Below are positions 17,340 through 26,729 of a DNA stretch of 43,313 bases, piece after piece. The notes beneath the pieces were generated by a model. It was not told the DNA's origin. It saw only the letters and a list, made by a program, of their open reading frames with translations, and made no database searches. Origin of the DNA: a virus; the IMG/VR virus record IMGVR_UViG_3300044499_000010. One strand, given 5' to 3'. Within the stretch, counting starts at the first letter, position 1; the number at the start of each line of letters is the position of its first letter. The position numbers and the translations under genes were made by a program.

Positions 17340-18856
17340 CGACCGCGATTGACGAAAAAGAGGAGTTTGAATTCCTCTACCAAATGGAGCAGGACGCCAA
17401 GGCGGGCATTCCACCGCCTAATCCCGCACCAGTGAAAGCCTCGATGGGCGACGTGATCGCGGGCACCCCGCTGGCACGCCTTGGAATGGGCTTGGCCTCA
17501 CCATTGATCGGCGCGGCTCAGATCGGCGCGCATGTCGGCGATGTGGCGAACCGCGCAATGGGTGTCGAGCCAATGGTGAGCCCGTGGATCGACAAGAAAT
17601 TGTCAGAGTATGAAGCCGCCAAGCAACGCGGCATGAAGGCGTCTGGCACCGAAGGCTTTGACGCGATGGGCCTGATCGGGTCCTTGCTGCCTGGATCATC
17701 TATCGCCAAGGGTGTGACAGCCGCGCTGCCAGCCGCCAAGAACATCGGAGGGAGAATCTTGCAAGGGGCAGGCATTGGGGCAGCGACGTCAGCCGCGCAA
17801 CCCGTCGTCAACTCGCCTGAGTTTTGGAGCGACAAGGGCAAGCAGGCTGGGATCGGAGCGGTAACAGGGGCAGCGGTGCCAGCGGTAGCGGAAGCCTTAC
17901 GGGCGGCACGCGGGATGCCGCAACTCAATCCTGTGAAGGCACAGACGCTCAAAGAAGGCCAGGCGGCTGGCTACGTCGTGCCGCCGTCCACGGTCAATCC
18001 ATCGTTCCTCACCAATCGACTGGAAAGCGTGGCTGGGAAGGCGGCAGTGGGACAGGAAGCGGCGAAGAGGAACCAAGAAGTGACAAATGCGCTGGCGGCG
18101 AAATCGTTAGGCCTTCCGAAAGAGACGACCTTGACGCCTGAAGTGTTGAGCGAGTTCAGAACGCAACAAGGGAAAGTCTACGAACAAGTGGCCGCACTCT
18201 CCGACACGGCGAAAACTGCATTGAACGAACTCAAGCAAGCGCGCCATGACTCCAAAGTGCAATGGAACTTTTACAACCGCTCAGGCAACCCGGAGGCGCT
18301 TGCGACTGCGAAGAATGCCGATGCGATGGCAGAAATGTTCACGGACGAGTTAGGCACTGAAGCCACAAAGGTGGGTCGGTCTGATCTGATTCAATCCCTG
18401 ACGGATGCCCGTACAAAAATCGCCAAGTCGTTCGATGTGAGCCGCGCACTCAATGCGTCATCTGGTGAGGTGAATGCGCCGACGTTGGGAAAGATATTTG
18501 CCAAGCGAGGCGACAAGGCGATGACAGGTGAACTCGCCACGATAGGGAAAATGGCGGGCGCGTTCAAGGGATCGATGCGCGAAGGTGGGAACGTCCCAGT
18601 CTCAGGCGTCAGTGGCACTGATGCCGCAGCCTCAGCCTTACTGGGAGTCGCGGGAGCAGCTGGAGGAGGGCCAATGGGGCTCCTTGCTGGTGGATTGCCG
18701 CTACTGCGTGGACCTGCCCGCAACTTGGTGCTCTCGAAGGCCTATCAGAACTTCGCGACCAGCGACCCCTCAAAGTATCAGGCGCTCATTGATGCGCTTT
18801 CGCAGCGCGGCGCGGGGGCAGCAGGGACCATCGCCGGACGAGGAGTACAGCCATGA
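17336..18856 (+). CDS. Putative internal virion / ejection protein with Gly/Ala-rich hydrophobic segments
   Basis: 506 aa, ATGA overlap. It has several G/A-rich membrane-like stretches (GIGAATSAAQP, GVAGAAGGGPMGLLAGGLPLL). T7 gp16-like position. I saw no lysozyme or transglycosylase motif. Confidence 0.4.
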   Translation: MTTAIDEKEEFEFLYQMEQDAKAGIPPPNPAPVKASMGDVIAGTPLARLGMGLASPLIGAAQIGAHVGDVANRAMGVEPMVSPWIDKKLSEYEAAKQRGMKASGTEGFDAMGLIGSLLPGSSIAKGVTAALPAAKNIGGRILQGAGIGAATSAAQPVVNSPEFWSDKGKQAGIGAVTGAAVPAVAEALRAARGMPQLNPVKAQTLKEGQAAGYVVPPSTVNPSFLTNRLESVAGKAAVGQEAAKRNQEVTNALAAKSLGLPKETTLTPEVLSEFRTQQGKVYEQVAALSDTAKTALNELKQARHDSKVQWNFYNRSGNPEALATAKNADAMAEMFTDELGTEATKVGRSDLIQSLTDARTKIAKSFDVSRALNASSGEVNAPTLGKIFAKRGDKAMTGELATIGKMAGAFKGSMREGGNVPVSGVSGTDAAASALLGVAGAAGGGPMGLLAGGLPLLRGPARNLVLSKAYQNFATSDPSKYQALIDALSQRGAGAAGTIAGRGVQP

Positions 18857-19986
18857 GCTTTAACGGCAGTGGAGTATTCGTGGTCAACAGCGCTGGCCAA
18901 CCTGTCGTGGCTACTACGCTCATTACGGCAGCGGCGATGAATGCCCTCACGGCTGATCTGGCTACAGGACTATCAAATTGCATTCTGAAAGACGGCACAC
19001 AGACCCTCACCCAAAACATCCCTTTCAACGCCAAGAAGATTACGGGCCTCGGCGCGGGATCTGCGCGCACCGATGGGGCCTCCTTAGCGACCATTCAGGA
19101 CGGGACCGGCGTGTACGTGGCGACGGTCGCTGGCACGGCGGACGCCATTGAACTGACGCCCTCCCCCGCGATTACGGCGTATGTCGCGGGGCAGACCTTC
19201 AGGTTCTTGGCGAGCGGGGCCAATACCACAGCCGTGACCGTCGCGGTCTCAGGCTTAGTCGCCAAAGCCCTCACAAAGAATGGCACGACGGCCCTCGTGG
19301 CAGGGGATATTCCATCGGCGTCGATGGTGTCCGTCACCTACGACGGGACGCGGTTTATCATCGTGACCGCTGCCTTGTCGTTCTCGATTCTCGATACGGC
19401 GGGCGATCTGATCTATGCGTCGGCGGCGGATACCGCCGCGAAGCTGGCCATCGGCACAGCGCGGCAGGCATTGACCGTCAACGCCGGAGCGACGGCGCCC
19501 GCATGGGCGAACCCTATCACCATCGGGACCGAGCAAGCCTCTACCTCGGGCACCTCGATCGACTTCACCGGCATTCCCGCTGGCGTGCGGCGGATCACGA
19601 TCATGTTTGTCGGAGTGTCTACCAACGGGAGCGCAGAACCGTGGGTTCAATTGGGCGATGCAGACGGGTTCGAGGCGTCTGGATATACGAGTACGATTGC
19701 CGTCTTATCGAATGTAAACACGGTCGTTGTCACAGATGAAACAAACGCCTTTCAGGTAAGTACGCAAGGCGCAACCGTCGCATTGACAGGAACGCTGGTC
19801 TTGTGTTTGGAGGATGCGGCACAATTTACTTGGATGGCGTCAGGGAATTTTAACAGATCCGACACTGTTTTCAATGTTGTTGCAGGCTCCAAGTCACTCA
19901 GCGCCGAACTCACACAAGTACGGATTACCACAAGCAACGGGAGTGACGCCTTTGACGCGGGAGCGATCAACATCAATTACGAATAA
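18853..19986 (+). CDS. Tail fiber protein
   Basis: The N-terminus MSFNGSGVFVVNSAGQPVVATTLITAAAMNALTADLATGLSNCILKDGTQ matches the conserved N-terminal anchor seen in many podovirus tail fibers. The remainder is T/A/G/V-rich and beta-like. Confidence 0.7.
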   Translation: MSFNGSGVFVVNSAGQPVVATTLITAAAMNALTADLATGLSNCILKDGTQTLTQNIPFNAKKITGLGAGSARTDGASLATIQDGTGVYVATVAGTADAIELTPSPAITAYVAGQTFRFLASGANTTAVTVAVSGLVAKALTKNGTTALVAGDIPSASMVSVTYDGTRFIIVTAALSFSILDTAGDLIYASAADTAAKLAIGTARQALTVNAGATAPAWANPITIGTEQASTSGTSIDFTGIPAGVRRITIMFVGVSTNGSAEPWVQLGDADGFEASGYTSTIAVLSNVNTVVVTDETNAFQVSTQGATVALTGTLVLCLEDAAQFTWMASGNFNRSDTVFNVVAGSKSLSAELTQVRITTSNGSDAFDAGAININYE

Positions 19987-19997
19987 TAAGGAGCCCT

Positions 19998-20180
19998 ATG
20001 CCAGCCACCTATCAAGTCATCACGGCCACGGGGCGCGTGGCGCTGGACATCCAGCTGAACGAGCAAGCCAAGAACTTCTATCGACCCATCTTGTTCGCCC
20101 AGTCCGAAGGGATTCTCGCAAGTGGAGAAACCCAGAAGAACGTGCATTACACGGTGATTCTGGAGCATAGGCCATCATGA
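19998..20180 (+). CDS. Hypothetical protein (60 aa)
   Basis: RBS AAGGAG. It lies between the tail fiber gene and the first secreted-protein gene. Confidence 0.45.
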   Translation: MPATYQVITATGRVALDIQLNEQAKNFYRPILFAQSEGILASGETQKNVHYTVILEHRPS

Positions 20181-20194
20181 CAAAGGAGACGACC

Positions 20195-21154
20195 ATGTGG
20201 ACACGACGACTCCTCACTGGGCTGCTGCTGGTGGGCCTCTGGGCCTTCTATAGCCCGCATGTCCACGCCTCCTGCGAGGTGCAAACATCCACCGCGACCT
20301 ACGCGAACGGGACCTTTATCGGGGGTGATCTCTGCGATGAGAACGGTAACAAAAAGACCACGACCAACGGGTCTTTGGGTGGCAGCGGCACCGCCACAGA
20401 AGTGGCGCCAACCTTGGCAGAAGGCGCTGGTGCCGCCTTCTCCTTCGACCTCTCCGGACAACTCCGCACGACGCCCGCGCTGGCATTCTTTGAAGATTCG
20501 ACCAACAGCCTGGCCCGGGTCAGCGGTGGGGCCATTCGCACTTCGACCGTAATGACCGGCGTGACCACCAATACCACCAGCGCCACGACGCCCGTGTTCA
20601 GTGGAGCCAAGACGCCGATGGCGAGCGTGACCGGCACCGGAGCCCAGACCGCAACGGTACAGTTTTATGGGGACATGGAGAACACGACGACACACGGGGA
20701 AGTGTTGTGTCCCGCCATCGTATTGAGTGGGACCACCAAGGCGGTCGGATTTTGCCCACAGGTCAGCAAGGATTACCCGTATGTGCACGCGGTGACTACG
20801 GCAGTCACCGGCACCGGGGCGACCGTGGAAGCGGTGATTGTCACGGGGTTAGCGAGCGCCTCCAAGGACGAGTGGCTGTCGTCGGGCATTAAGACGGCGG
20901 ACGCGCTCATCAAAACCGGCGCCGGGAAATTGCAGTGCATCATTATTGCCCAAAACGACGCGGCCCCGACCGCTGGCACGATCAGCGTGAACGATGCGGT
21001 CTCGGCAGGCACGGGCACCGCGCTGTTCACCTGGGTGCTGACCACGGCGGTGTTCTCGCCGTTTCAAGTGTGCCCGCAGGTGCCGTTTACGACGGGGCTG
21101 TATATCGACAACACAACTGTTGGTGACGTGAATATTTCGTTGTCGTACAGATGA
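20195..21154 (+). CDS. Thr-rich protein with a cleavable Sec-type signal peptide
   Basis: AAGGAGA lies 6 nt upstream of ATG 20195 (alternative start 20177, which has an ATGA overlap). MWTRRLLTGLLLVGLWAFYSPHVHA/SCEV shows n-h-c regions and an AxA-like cleavage site. Confidence 0.6.
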   Translation: MWTRRLLTGLLLVGLWAFYSPHVHASCEVQTSTATYANGTFIGGDLCDENGNKKTTTNGSLGGSGTATEVAPTLAEGAGAAFSFDLSGQLRTTPALAFFEDSTNSLARVSGGAIRTSTVMTGVTTNTTSATTPVFSGAKTPMASVTGTGAQTATVQFYGDMENTTTHGEVLCPAIVLSGTTKAVGFCPQVSKDYPYVHAVTTAVTGTGATVEAVIVTGLASASKDEWLSSGIKTADALIKTGAGKLQCIIIAQNDAAPTAGTISVNDAVSAGTGTALFTWVLTTAVFSPFQVCPQVPFTTGLYIDNTTVGDVNISLSYR

Positions 21155-21915
21155 TACTTAATGGTTATAAAATGACTGACGAGCATAAGAGGAAGATCAG
21201 TCTGGCTTTGATCGGACGGAAGAATCCAAAGATCAGTCTTGCCAAGATGGGCCACAGCGTCTCCGAAGAAACGAGACGCAAGATCAGCCTTGCGAAGAAA
21301 GGCGTTCCTAGTCCTACCAAAGGCAGGAAATTTCCCCCAGAGTTCGGAGCGAAAATCAGCGCGAGATTGAAGGGCCGAGTTGGTACCAACAAAGGAAAAA
21401 CTTTCTCAGCCGAAGCACGCGCCAATATGAGTAAGGCTCGCAAGGGTCACTCTGGTCCCAATAAGGGCAAAACATTTTCACCAGAATACCGAGCCAAATT
21501 ACGTGAGGCCCATCTTGGTCAGGTGGCGTGGAATAAAGGGCTCAAGGGCGTTCAGAAATCGTGGAACAAAGGAAAACCGTCCCCGTGGATGAAAGGTGAG
21601 AAGAACTGTCGCTGGAAAGGCGGCGTCACGGCTGCGCACCGATTGGAGCGTGCAAGTATCCAAGCGCGAGAATGGCGCGAAGCCGTCCTCGCCCGTGACG
21701 CCTTCACCTGTCAGCACTGTGGCCAGATTGGCGGCAAATTACAGGCTGACCATATCCGTATCTGGGCACACCATCCAGAACTTCGATTCGATGTGAGTAA
21801 TGGACAAACACTCTGCAAGTCCTGTCACAGCAGAAAAACCAGCACCGACATGAAGGAATATTGGGTGACGACATTTTCAAAACAATCAGTTCAGGTGAGC
21901 GCGATGAAGCCATGA
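21151..21915 (+). CDS. HNH homing endonuclease with four NUMOD3-like DNA-binding repeats
   Basis: NUMOD3-like repeats: TDEHKRKISLALIG, SEETRRKISLAKKG, FSAEARANMSKARKG, FSPEYRAKLREAHLG. C-terminal HNH: CQHCG...LQADHIRIW...NGQTLCKSCHSRKT. ATGA overlaps at both ends. Confidence 0.85.
   Translation: MILNGYKMTDEHKRKISLALIGRKNPKISLAKMGHSVSEETRRKISLAKKGVPSPTKGRKFPPEFGAKISARLKGRVGTNKGKTFSAEARANMSKARKGHSGPNKGKTFSPEYRAKLREAHLGQVAWNKGLKGVQKSWNKGKPSPWMKGEKNCRWKGGVTAAHRLERASIQAREWREAVLARDAFTCQHCGQIGGKLQADHIRIWAHHPELRFDVSNGQTLCKSCHSRKTSTDMKEYWVTTFSKQSVQVSAMKP
21151..21915 (+). mobile_element. Free-standing homing-endonuclease gene inserted in the tail-fiber module
   Basis: Same ORF as above. It is visibly more A/T-rich than the flanking genes and splits a run of secreted-protein genes. 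Confidence 0.6.
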
Positions 21916-22613
21916 AGAAATACCTCCTCCTGATTCCGCTCCTCTGCCTCCTGGCCTCGCCGGTCTGGGCCTTCCCCGACAACGGCCTACTGGACGACTT
22001 TACCGGCTGCACCGATACCACGACCCCGCCGAACGCCAACTGGACCAATACCGTGTTGCGTGGTGCTACGTCGAGCACGGTGGACTGTGAAGATACGGCG
22101 GCGACTGCCACGACCACGGGCACCGAGGCGGATATGTATTGGCACGCCACGACCTTCAACGCCGACTCCGAAGCCTACGGCACCGTCGTCGGGACGTTGG
22201 CTGGCTTTGTCTCGGCGGCAGTTGGAGTTCGCATGGTGAATATTGGTGCTAGCACCACGGACGGCTACATGGTGAAGGTGAGCGATGGGCTCGCTACGAT
22301 TGTGATTGAACGCATTGACAACGGTACATCAACTGAAATTGCAACAGAGGCGCAAACGATCACCTCTGGGGATAGTTTCGGGATTCGCGCCGAGGGCTCG
22401 TCTATTTGTTCTTGGTACAAGCTCGCCGCTGGGGGCTGGACACAAATTGAATGCGCTACGGATGCCACCTACACCGCTGGAGGGAATTTGGGTGTGATGG
22501 TCCAAGGCAACGGCGCGGTTGGGGCGTTAGACGACGTGGGCGGTGGCAATCTTGCGGCGGCGGCGGGTGTGCTGCAATCGCCTGCGCTCCCGAGTGTGCT
22601 CTTTCAAGAATGA
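21912..22613 (+). CDS. Secreted protein with Sec signal peptide, beta-sandwich (lectin/LamG-like?)
   Basis: ATGA overlap with the HNH gene. MKKYLLLIPLLCLLASPVWA/FPD is a signal peptide. The rest is beta-rich (GYMVKVSDGLATIVIERIDNG...GDSFGIRAEGSSICSWY). Confidence 0.55.
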   Translation: MKKYLLLIPLLCLLASPVWAFPDNGLLDDFTGCTDTTTPPNANWTNTVLRGATSSTVDCEDTAATATTTGTEADMYWHATTFNADSEAYGTVVGTLAGFVSAAVGVRMVNIGASTTDGYMVKVSDGLATIVIERIDNGTSTEIATEAQTITSGDSFGIRAEGSSICSWYKLAAGGWTQIECATDATYTAGGNLGVMVQGNGAVGALDDVGGGNLAAAAGVLQSPALPSVLFQE

Positions 22614-25600
22614 GGTCCAGGATGCTGCTGAAATTTGTGCTCGCGTTGGTTCTCCTGAGCTTTCCCTCTCTGGCCCAGGCCACGACCTACTATATCTCCC
22701 CCACTGGCTCTGATGCCGCGGCTGGCACTTCGACAGGTACCGCCTGGCAAACATGGAGCAAAGCATTGGGGGCCAGTTCTGCTTGCGGTGATACCATCCT
22801 TGTCATGGACGGCACCTTCACCACGGCGACACATGGCAATCCCTCGCTCACCAAGGTCTGCACGGTAGGCAACGAATTTACTGTGCGTGCTCTGAATCAG
22901 CGTGTCGCATTAATCAGTGGGGATGGCACTGCGCATTCTTTTCGTGTCATCAACAGCGCGTATGTCGTCCTCGACGGGTTGCGTATCAAGTCTGTGGATA
23001 ATGCGACGACGAACAGTGAAGCCGTGGTGGCGATTCGGACCTCCAGCCATGTTACGATAAAAAACTCGTTGATCTACACCAATAACCGCTACGGGAACAC
23101 GCATTTACTCGGACTCTTTACCTCAACCAATGGGCTCGTAGAGGATCTGGAGCTGTACGACTTTCATCGGCATGGCATCATCATTTCGAGTGGGAGTTTC
23201 AATGTAATTCGACGTATGTATTGTCATTCGAGGAATCGTGCTGATATTGTCGGGGGGTTTGCCAGCGCCAGTCCCACACGCGGAGAAGGATGTACTGCTG
23301 TCTATCCCTCGAACGACAACATTCTGGAGAACATCATTGCCGAGAACTCGCTCGAAATTGCGGAAGTCAATTCCAGCGGGACCAATCAGGGCCGTCGCAA
23401 CCAAATCCTCGGTTCGGTCATTATCGGGTCGAGTACCTATCCCTCTGGCCGTGGCATCATCTTTGACGCACGCGCCAACAGCACGTCAGGTCAACCGCAG
23501 GATAACACCGTTCGGGATAGTGTAGCCATTCTCCAAACGGGGAACGGCAATCACGGTATAAACGCGCGCGGCGCGTTGAATACGCAGGTGTGGAACTCCA
23601 CAGTCATCGGGGCGGAGTTCGCTGGGTTCGCCGCCGATGAGGGGCCGTTCACGGGTGGAGGGACAAACTCGTACTTCTGTACCAACTGTCTGAGCCTCAA
23701 TAACGGGACGCAGGGCTTTATTGTGGAACCAGCTCCCGCTACGGATAACTGGACGATCAATTACCCGAACAGTTTTGGGAACGGTACCGCCTTCTCCCCC
23801 GCGGCGTCAGACCCGAACATCACCAACGAACAGACCATTGACCCAGTATTGGGGAGTTGCTATCTGTGGCTCCCAGACGCCTCACCACTCAAGGGAGCCG
23901 GATTAGCTGGGGCCGACATTGGCGCGACCATCCTCTACCGCTACGTCGATGGCGTGCTCACGACCACGAAACTCTGGGACGATGTGACGGGTGAGTTCCC
24001 GCACGGCGCGATCATCGCCGGGGTGAACGATATTGCCGGGCAATCCCTGTTTGATGTCCACGAACGCCTCCACGTCGGCACGGCGAACGGGTGCGCGTTC
24101 CCCGCTGGCTATGCCGGAAGTCCTCCCGCCAATCCTGCGGGACTCGTGTCGTCGCAAGGCACCACAAACCCCTCACATGATCGGACCGTCACGGCATCGA
24201 AAGAAGCCCTTGTCGCCGGGATTGCGCTCAATGACACGTCGGGGAATGTGGGGACGGTGACGGGCGTCACGTCCTCATGCGGAGCCGAAGCGTTGACCCA
24301 AGTCGGCACCGCCGTCACGTCTCCGGCCTATCGGCGCGTCTACTTGTTCCGTCGCCTCAATCCGACTGCGGGAAGCTGTACGATTTCGGTCGTCACGTCT
24401 GGCACGGTCATGGCGTCGGTGTTGACGACGAATGAGTACGACAATGTGGCCGCATTTGGGACAGCAGTGACCGCCACGGGGTTGAGTGGAACACCGTCTG
24501 TCACGGCCTCAGTCGTGGCTGATGCGGGCAATATCATCCTGGATATGTATGCCGGGAAGTGCGGGCTGAGTGCAGGGGTCTGTACGACGAGCCTCTCTGC
24601 TGGGCCTAACCAAGTTCTCCAAGGTGATCAAGGCCATTTTACGCTCGGTGATGTTCGACTCGCCACTTCGGAAAAAGTGAGTACGAACGGCACCAATATC
24701 TCCTATGCAACACTTAATAGCTATTGGGCGATCGTGGCCGTGCCCATGTGCGCGGTGAGTTGTGACGCGCTGACGCACGTCGTGACGCAGAGCCAGAGCC
24801 AAGTCGATGGCGCGTTCCTGGTGGGCGGGGCCGTGGTGCATCTTGGGGCCGTCAATGCGGCCAACGTCAACATTCCCATCGGCACCTCGTTTGCCGTGAC
24901 GCTCCAGACCGACTGCACCGTGGCAGCCAGTCCCACGGGTGGGCGGCGCGTATGGGTCAGTCACGATAGCGGGGCCTATGCACCGCTGACCGATACGCTC
25001 ACGAACGGCATTGTATTTCACGGGGCGACAGGAGATCCCCTGCTGGTGTCTGGGGCGGTCGCCGCCTGCCTGGATGCCGGAGCCTTGACGGAAGTGGCTG
25101 GCACCACGATTCAATCCGCCGCGACGACGCCAAGTGTGACCCTGACGCAAGATGATTGCACGGCGAATCGCTGGGTCGCCACATTGGGGCAGGCGGCGTC
25201 AGGCACCTACGAGTTCCGTGAGTACACCGATGCCGGAGTACCGCTCGATGCCTACGGGGCGACTGCTGACGCGAAGATCACCGTGACGGGCACCCAGCCC
25301 GATATTCAAGCGCCAACGAACTTGAAGCTGACCGGATCTGCATCGACCGACGTGACCTTGAGCTGGTCGCCGAATGCCCATGTGAATTTTGCGGGCTATC
25401 GGGTCTACCAGAGCACCGAGAGCGGGGTCTATGACGTGGTGCCGACCTATGCCACGACGCCCTCCATCGCGGCCTTACTGAATACCCCCGTGACGACCTG
25501 GAGCACGCAGCTTTCACTTGCCGACACCTATTACTTCGTGGTGACGGCCTTTGACCATGACAACAACGAGTCGGCGGTGAGTAACGAGGTGAGCGTGGCC

Positions 25601-25669
25601 TTGACGGGCATGCCGACACGTACCGTGTCCACCACGCGCACCGCCGCCACCGCGAGGACGCCACGATGA
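22610..25669 (+). CDS. Large secreted right-handed beta-helix protein (tailspike/depolymerase-like) with C-terminal FN3 domain
   Basis: 1019 aa from ATG 22610 (ATGA overlap). Signal peptide MRSRMLLKFVLALVLLSFPSLAQA/TTYYISPTGSDAAAGTSTGTAWQTW. The motif GDTILVMDGTFT is typical of pectate-lyase-fold proteins. FN3-like segment: APTNLKLTGSASTDVTLSWSPN...GYRVYQS...YYFVVTAFDHDNNES. Confidence 0.7.
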   Translation: MRSRMLLKFVLALVLLSFPSLAQATTYYISPTGSDAAAGTSTGTAWQTWSKALGASSACGDTILVMDGTFTTATHGNPSLTKVCTVGNEFTVRALNQRVALISGDGTAHSFRVINSAYVVLDGLRIKSVDNATTNSEAVVAIRTSSHVTIKNSLIYTNNRYGNTHLLGLFTSTNGLVEDLELYDFHRHGIIISSGSFNVIRRMYCHSRNRADIVGGFASASPTRGEGCTAVYPSNDNILENIIAENSLEIAEVNSSGTNQGRRNQILGSVIIGSSTYPSGRGIIFDARANSTSGQPQDNTVRDSVAILQTGNGNHGINARGALNTQVWNSTVIGAEFAGFAADEGPFTGGGTNSYFCTNCLSLNNGTQGFIVEPAPATDNWTINYPNSFGNGTAFSPAASDPNITNEQTIDPVLGSCYLWLPDASPLKGAGLAGADIGATILYRYVDGVLTTTKLWDDVTGEFPHGAIIAGVNDIAGQSLFDVHERLHVGTANGCAFPAGYAGSPPANPAGLVSSQGTTNPSHDRTVTASKEALVAGIALNDTSGNVGTVTGVTSSCGAEALTQVGTAVTSPAYRRVYLFRRLNPTAGSCTISVVTSGTVMASVLTTNEYDNVAAFGTAVTATGLSGTPSVTASVVADAGNIILDMYAGKCGLSAGVCTTSLSAGPNQVLQGDQGHFTLGDVRLATSEKVSTNGTNISYATLNSYWAIVAVPMCAVSCDALTHVVTQSQSQVDGAFLVGGAVVHLGAVNAANVNIPIGTSFAVTLQTDCTVAASPTGGRRVWVSHDSGAYAPLTDTLTNGIVFHGATGDPLLVSGAVAACLDAGALTEVAGTTIQSAATTPSVTLTQDDCTANRWVATLGQAASGTYEFREYTDAGVPLDAYGATADAKITVTGTQPDIQAPTNLKLTGSASTDVTLSWSPNAHVNFAGYRVYQSTESGVYDVVPTYATTPSIAALLNTPVTTWSTQLSLADTYYFVVTAFDHDNNESAVSNEVSVALTGMPTRTVSTTRTAATARTPR

Positions 25670-25995
25670 GGTATCTCGGCTGGCTCATGCTCCTGATTCT
25701 GGTCGGCTGTGCCAGCCAGTCGGCGGAGGCACGGCCAAGACCCAAGCCCGCACCGCTGGCGACGTTCACCTGGGACCGCATGCCGAATGCGATCGACTAT
25801 CGGTTCTATCTGTGCTGGATACCCCGGTGTACGCCGGATGTGCCAAGGACAGAGATTGTGGCGCAGACCATAGAAGGGGTCACGCCGACGTTTCGGATCG
25901 ATCTGACGGGTTCTGTGGGCGCGGCGGCGGTCTCAGCCCGCAATGCCAGTGGCGAATCAGGCCTGAGCAACGTGGTGCGATTTGATCGACGATGA
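25666..25995 (+). CDS. Small lipoprotein with FN3-like domain
   Basis: ATGA overlap. MRYLGWLMLLILVGC contains the lipobox L-V-G-C. TFTWDRMPNAIDYRFYL...SARNASGESGLSNVVRF is FN3-like. Confidence 0.6.
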   Translation: MRYLGWLMLLILVGCASQSAEARPRPKPAPLATFTWDRMPNAIDYRFYLCWIPRCTPDVPRTEIVAQTIEGVTPTFRIDLTGSVGAAAVSARNASGESGLSNVVRFDRR

Positions 25996-26001
25996 GGCGG
26001 T

Positions 26002-26520
26002 ATGGGCCTGACCATCGAGGACATGAAACTGTCCCAAAATGCCAAGCGGGCGGCGCAGCTTATCCTCTCGTATCATCCCACGGTGGTGTTTACGTCTGGC
26101 CGGCGCGATGCCCGAGACCAAGCGCGGGCGATGGCGGCAAATACGATTCGCTATGGGGTGGGCTGGCTCGGACAGACCTATAAGAACCAGAACATGGTGC
26201 GGAGTTTGGAGGAGTGGATGGAGCAGCACTTAGACCAGACAGCCTCAGAGAAGCTGATGACGGAAGGCTTCTATCAGACAATCCTCACCACGCAGGCGGG
26301 GCAGCTCGCGCAGTTCCCGCATTGCCGGGGGGACGCCATCGACATTCAGTGTCCGCGCTATGCCAGCGGCCAGGTCGATGAGCCGGCGGTGCTCAGGATC
26401 AAACATACGATCGAGACCTTACCGAATGAGTTGGGGTTGCAATTGATCGTGACCAGAGAAGGTTCTTTGAGAATTATCCACGCACAATTTAATCATGTGG
26501 TGGAGTCCGTCGAGGTCTAG
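26002..26520 (+). CDS. Peptidase M15-like endolysin (putative)
   Basis: TSGRRDARDQ, HCRGDAID (H-x6-D zinc ligands) and a later IIHAQF. It sits at the head of a cluster of small membrane-protein genes. Confidence 0.6.
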   Translation: MGLTIEDMKLSQNAKRAAQLILSYHPTVVFTSGRRDARDQARAMAANTIRYGVGWLGQTYKNQNMVRSLEEWMEQHLDQTASEKLMTEGFYQTILTTQAGQLAQFPHCRGDAIDIQCPRYASGQVDEPAVLRIKHTIETLPNELGLQLIVTREGSLRIIHAQFNHVVESVEV

Positions 26521-26531
26521 GTGATGAGTGC

Positions 26532-26729
26532 ATGAGTACCACCGAGCGGATGCTGATCGGCGCGTTGTTCGCCATCCTGATGGGACTGGAGGCATGGCTG
26601 TTGGGCACCGTGAGTGTCAATAGTGCGCGGATCGCCGTGCTGGAGCAACGAACGAACAATCATTCTCGTGAGATGGTCGACATGAAGGCCGATATGAGAG
26701 ACCATCGATCGGCTACGGAGCGGCGGTGA
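26532..26729 (+). CDS. Small membrane protein (holin or spanin-like candidate)
   Basis: 65 aa with an N-terminal TM helix (MLIGALFAILMGLEAWLLGTVSV) and a charged C-terminal tail. Confidence 0.45.
   Translation: MSTTERMLIGALFAILMGLEAWLLGTVSVNSARIAVLEQRTNNHSREMVDMKADMRDHRSATERR

Noticed and set aside
22451-22609. N-terminal extensions offered by the ORF track for several genes (22451, 3107, 6977, 8271, 9062, 13375, 21861, plus many minus-strand ORFs)
   Set aside because: The extensions overlap the preceding gene, translate to low-complexity sequence and lack an RBS. Internal ATGs coincide with ATGA/TGATG coupling or strong AGGAGG sites and with native-looking N-termini such as signal peptides.
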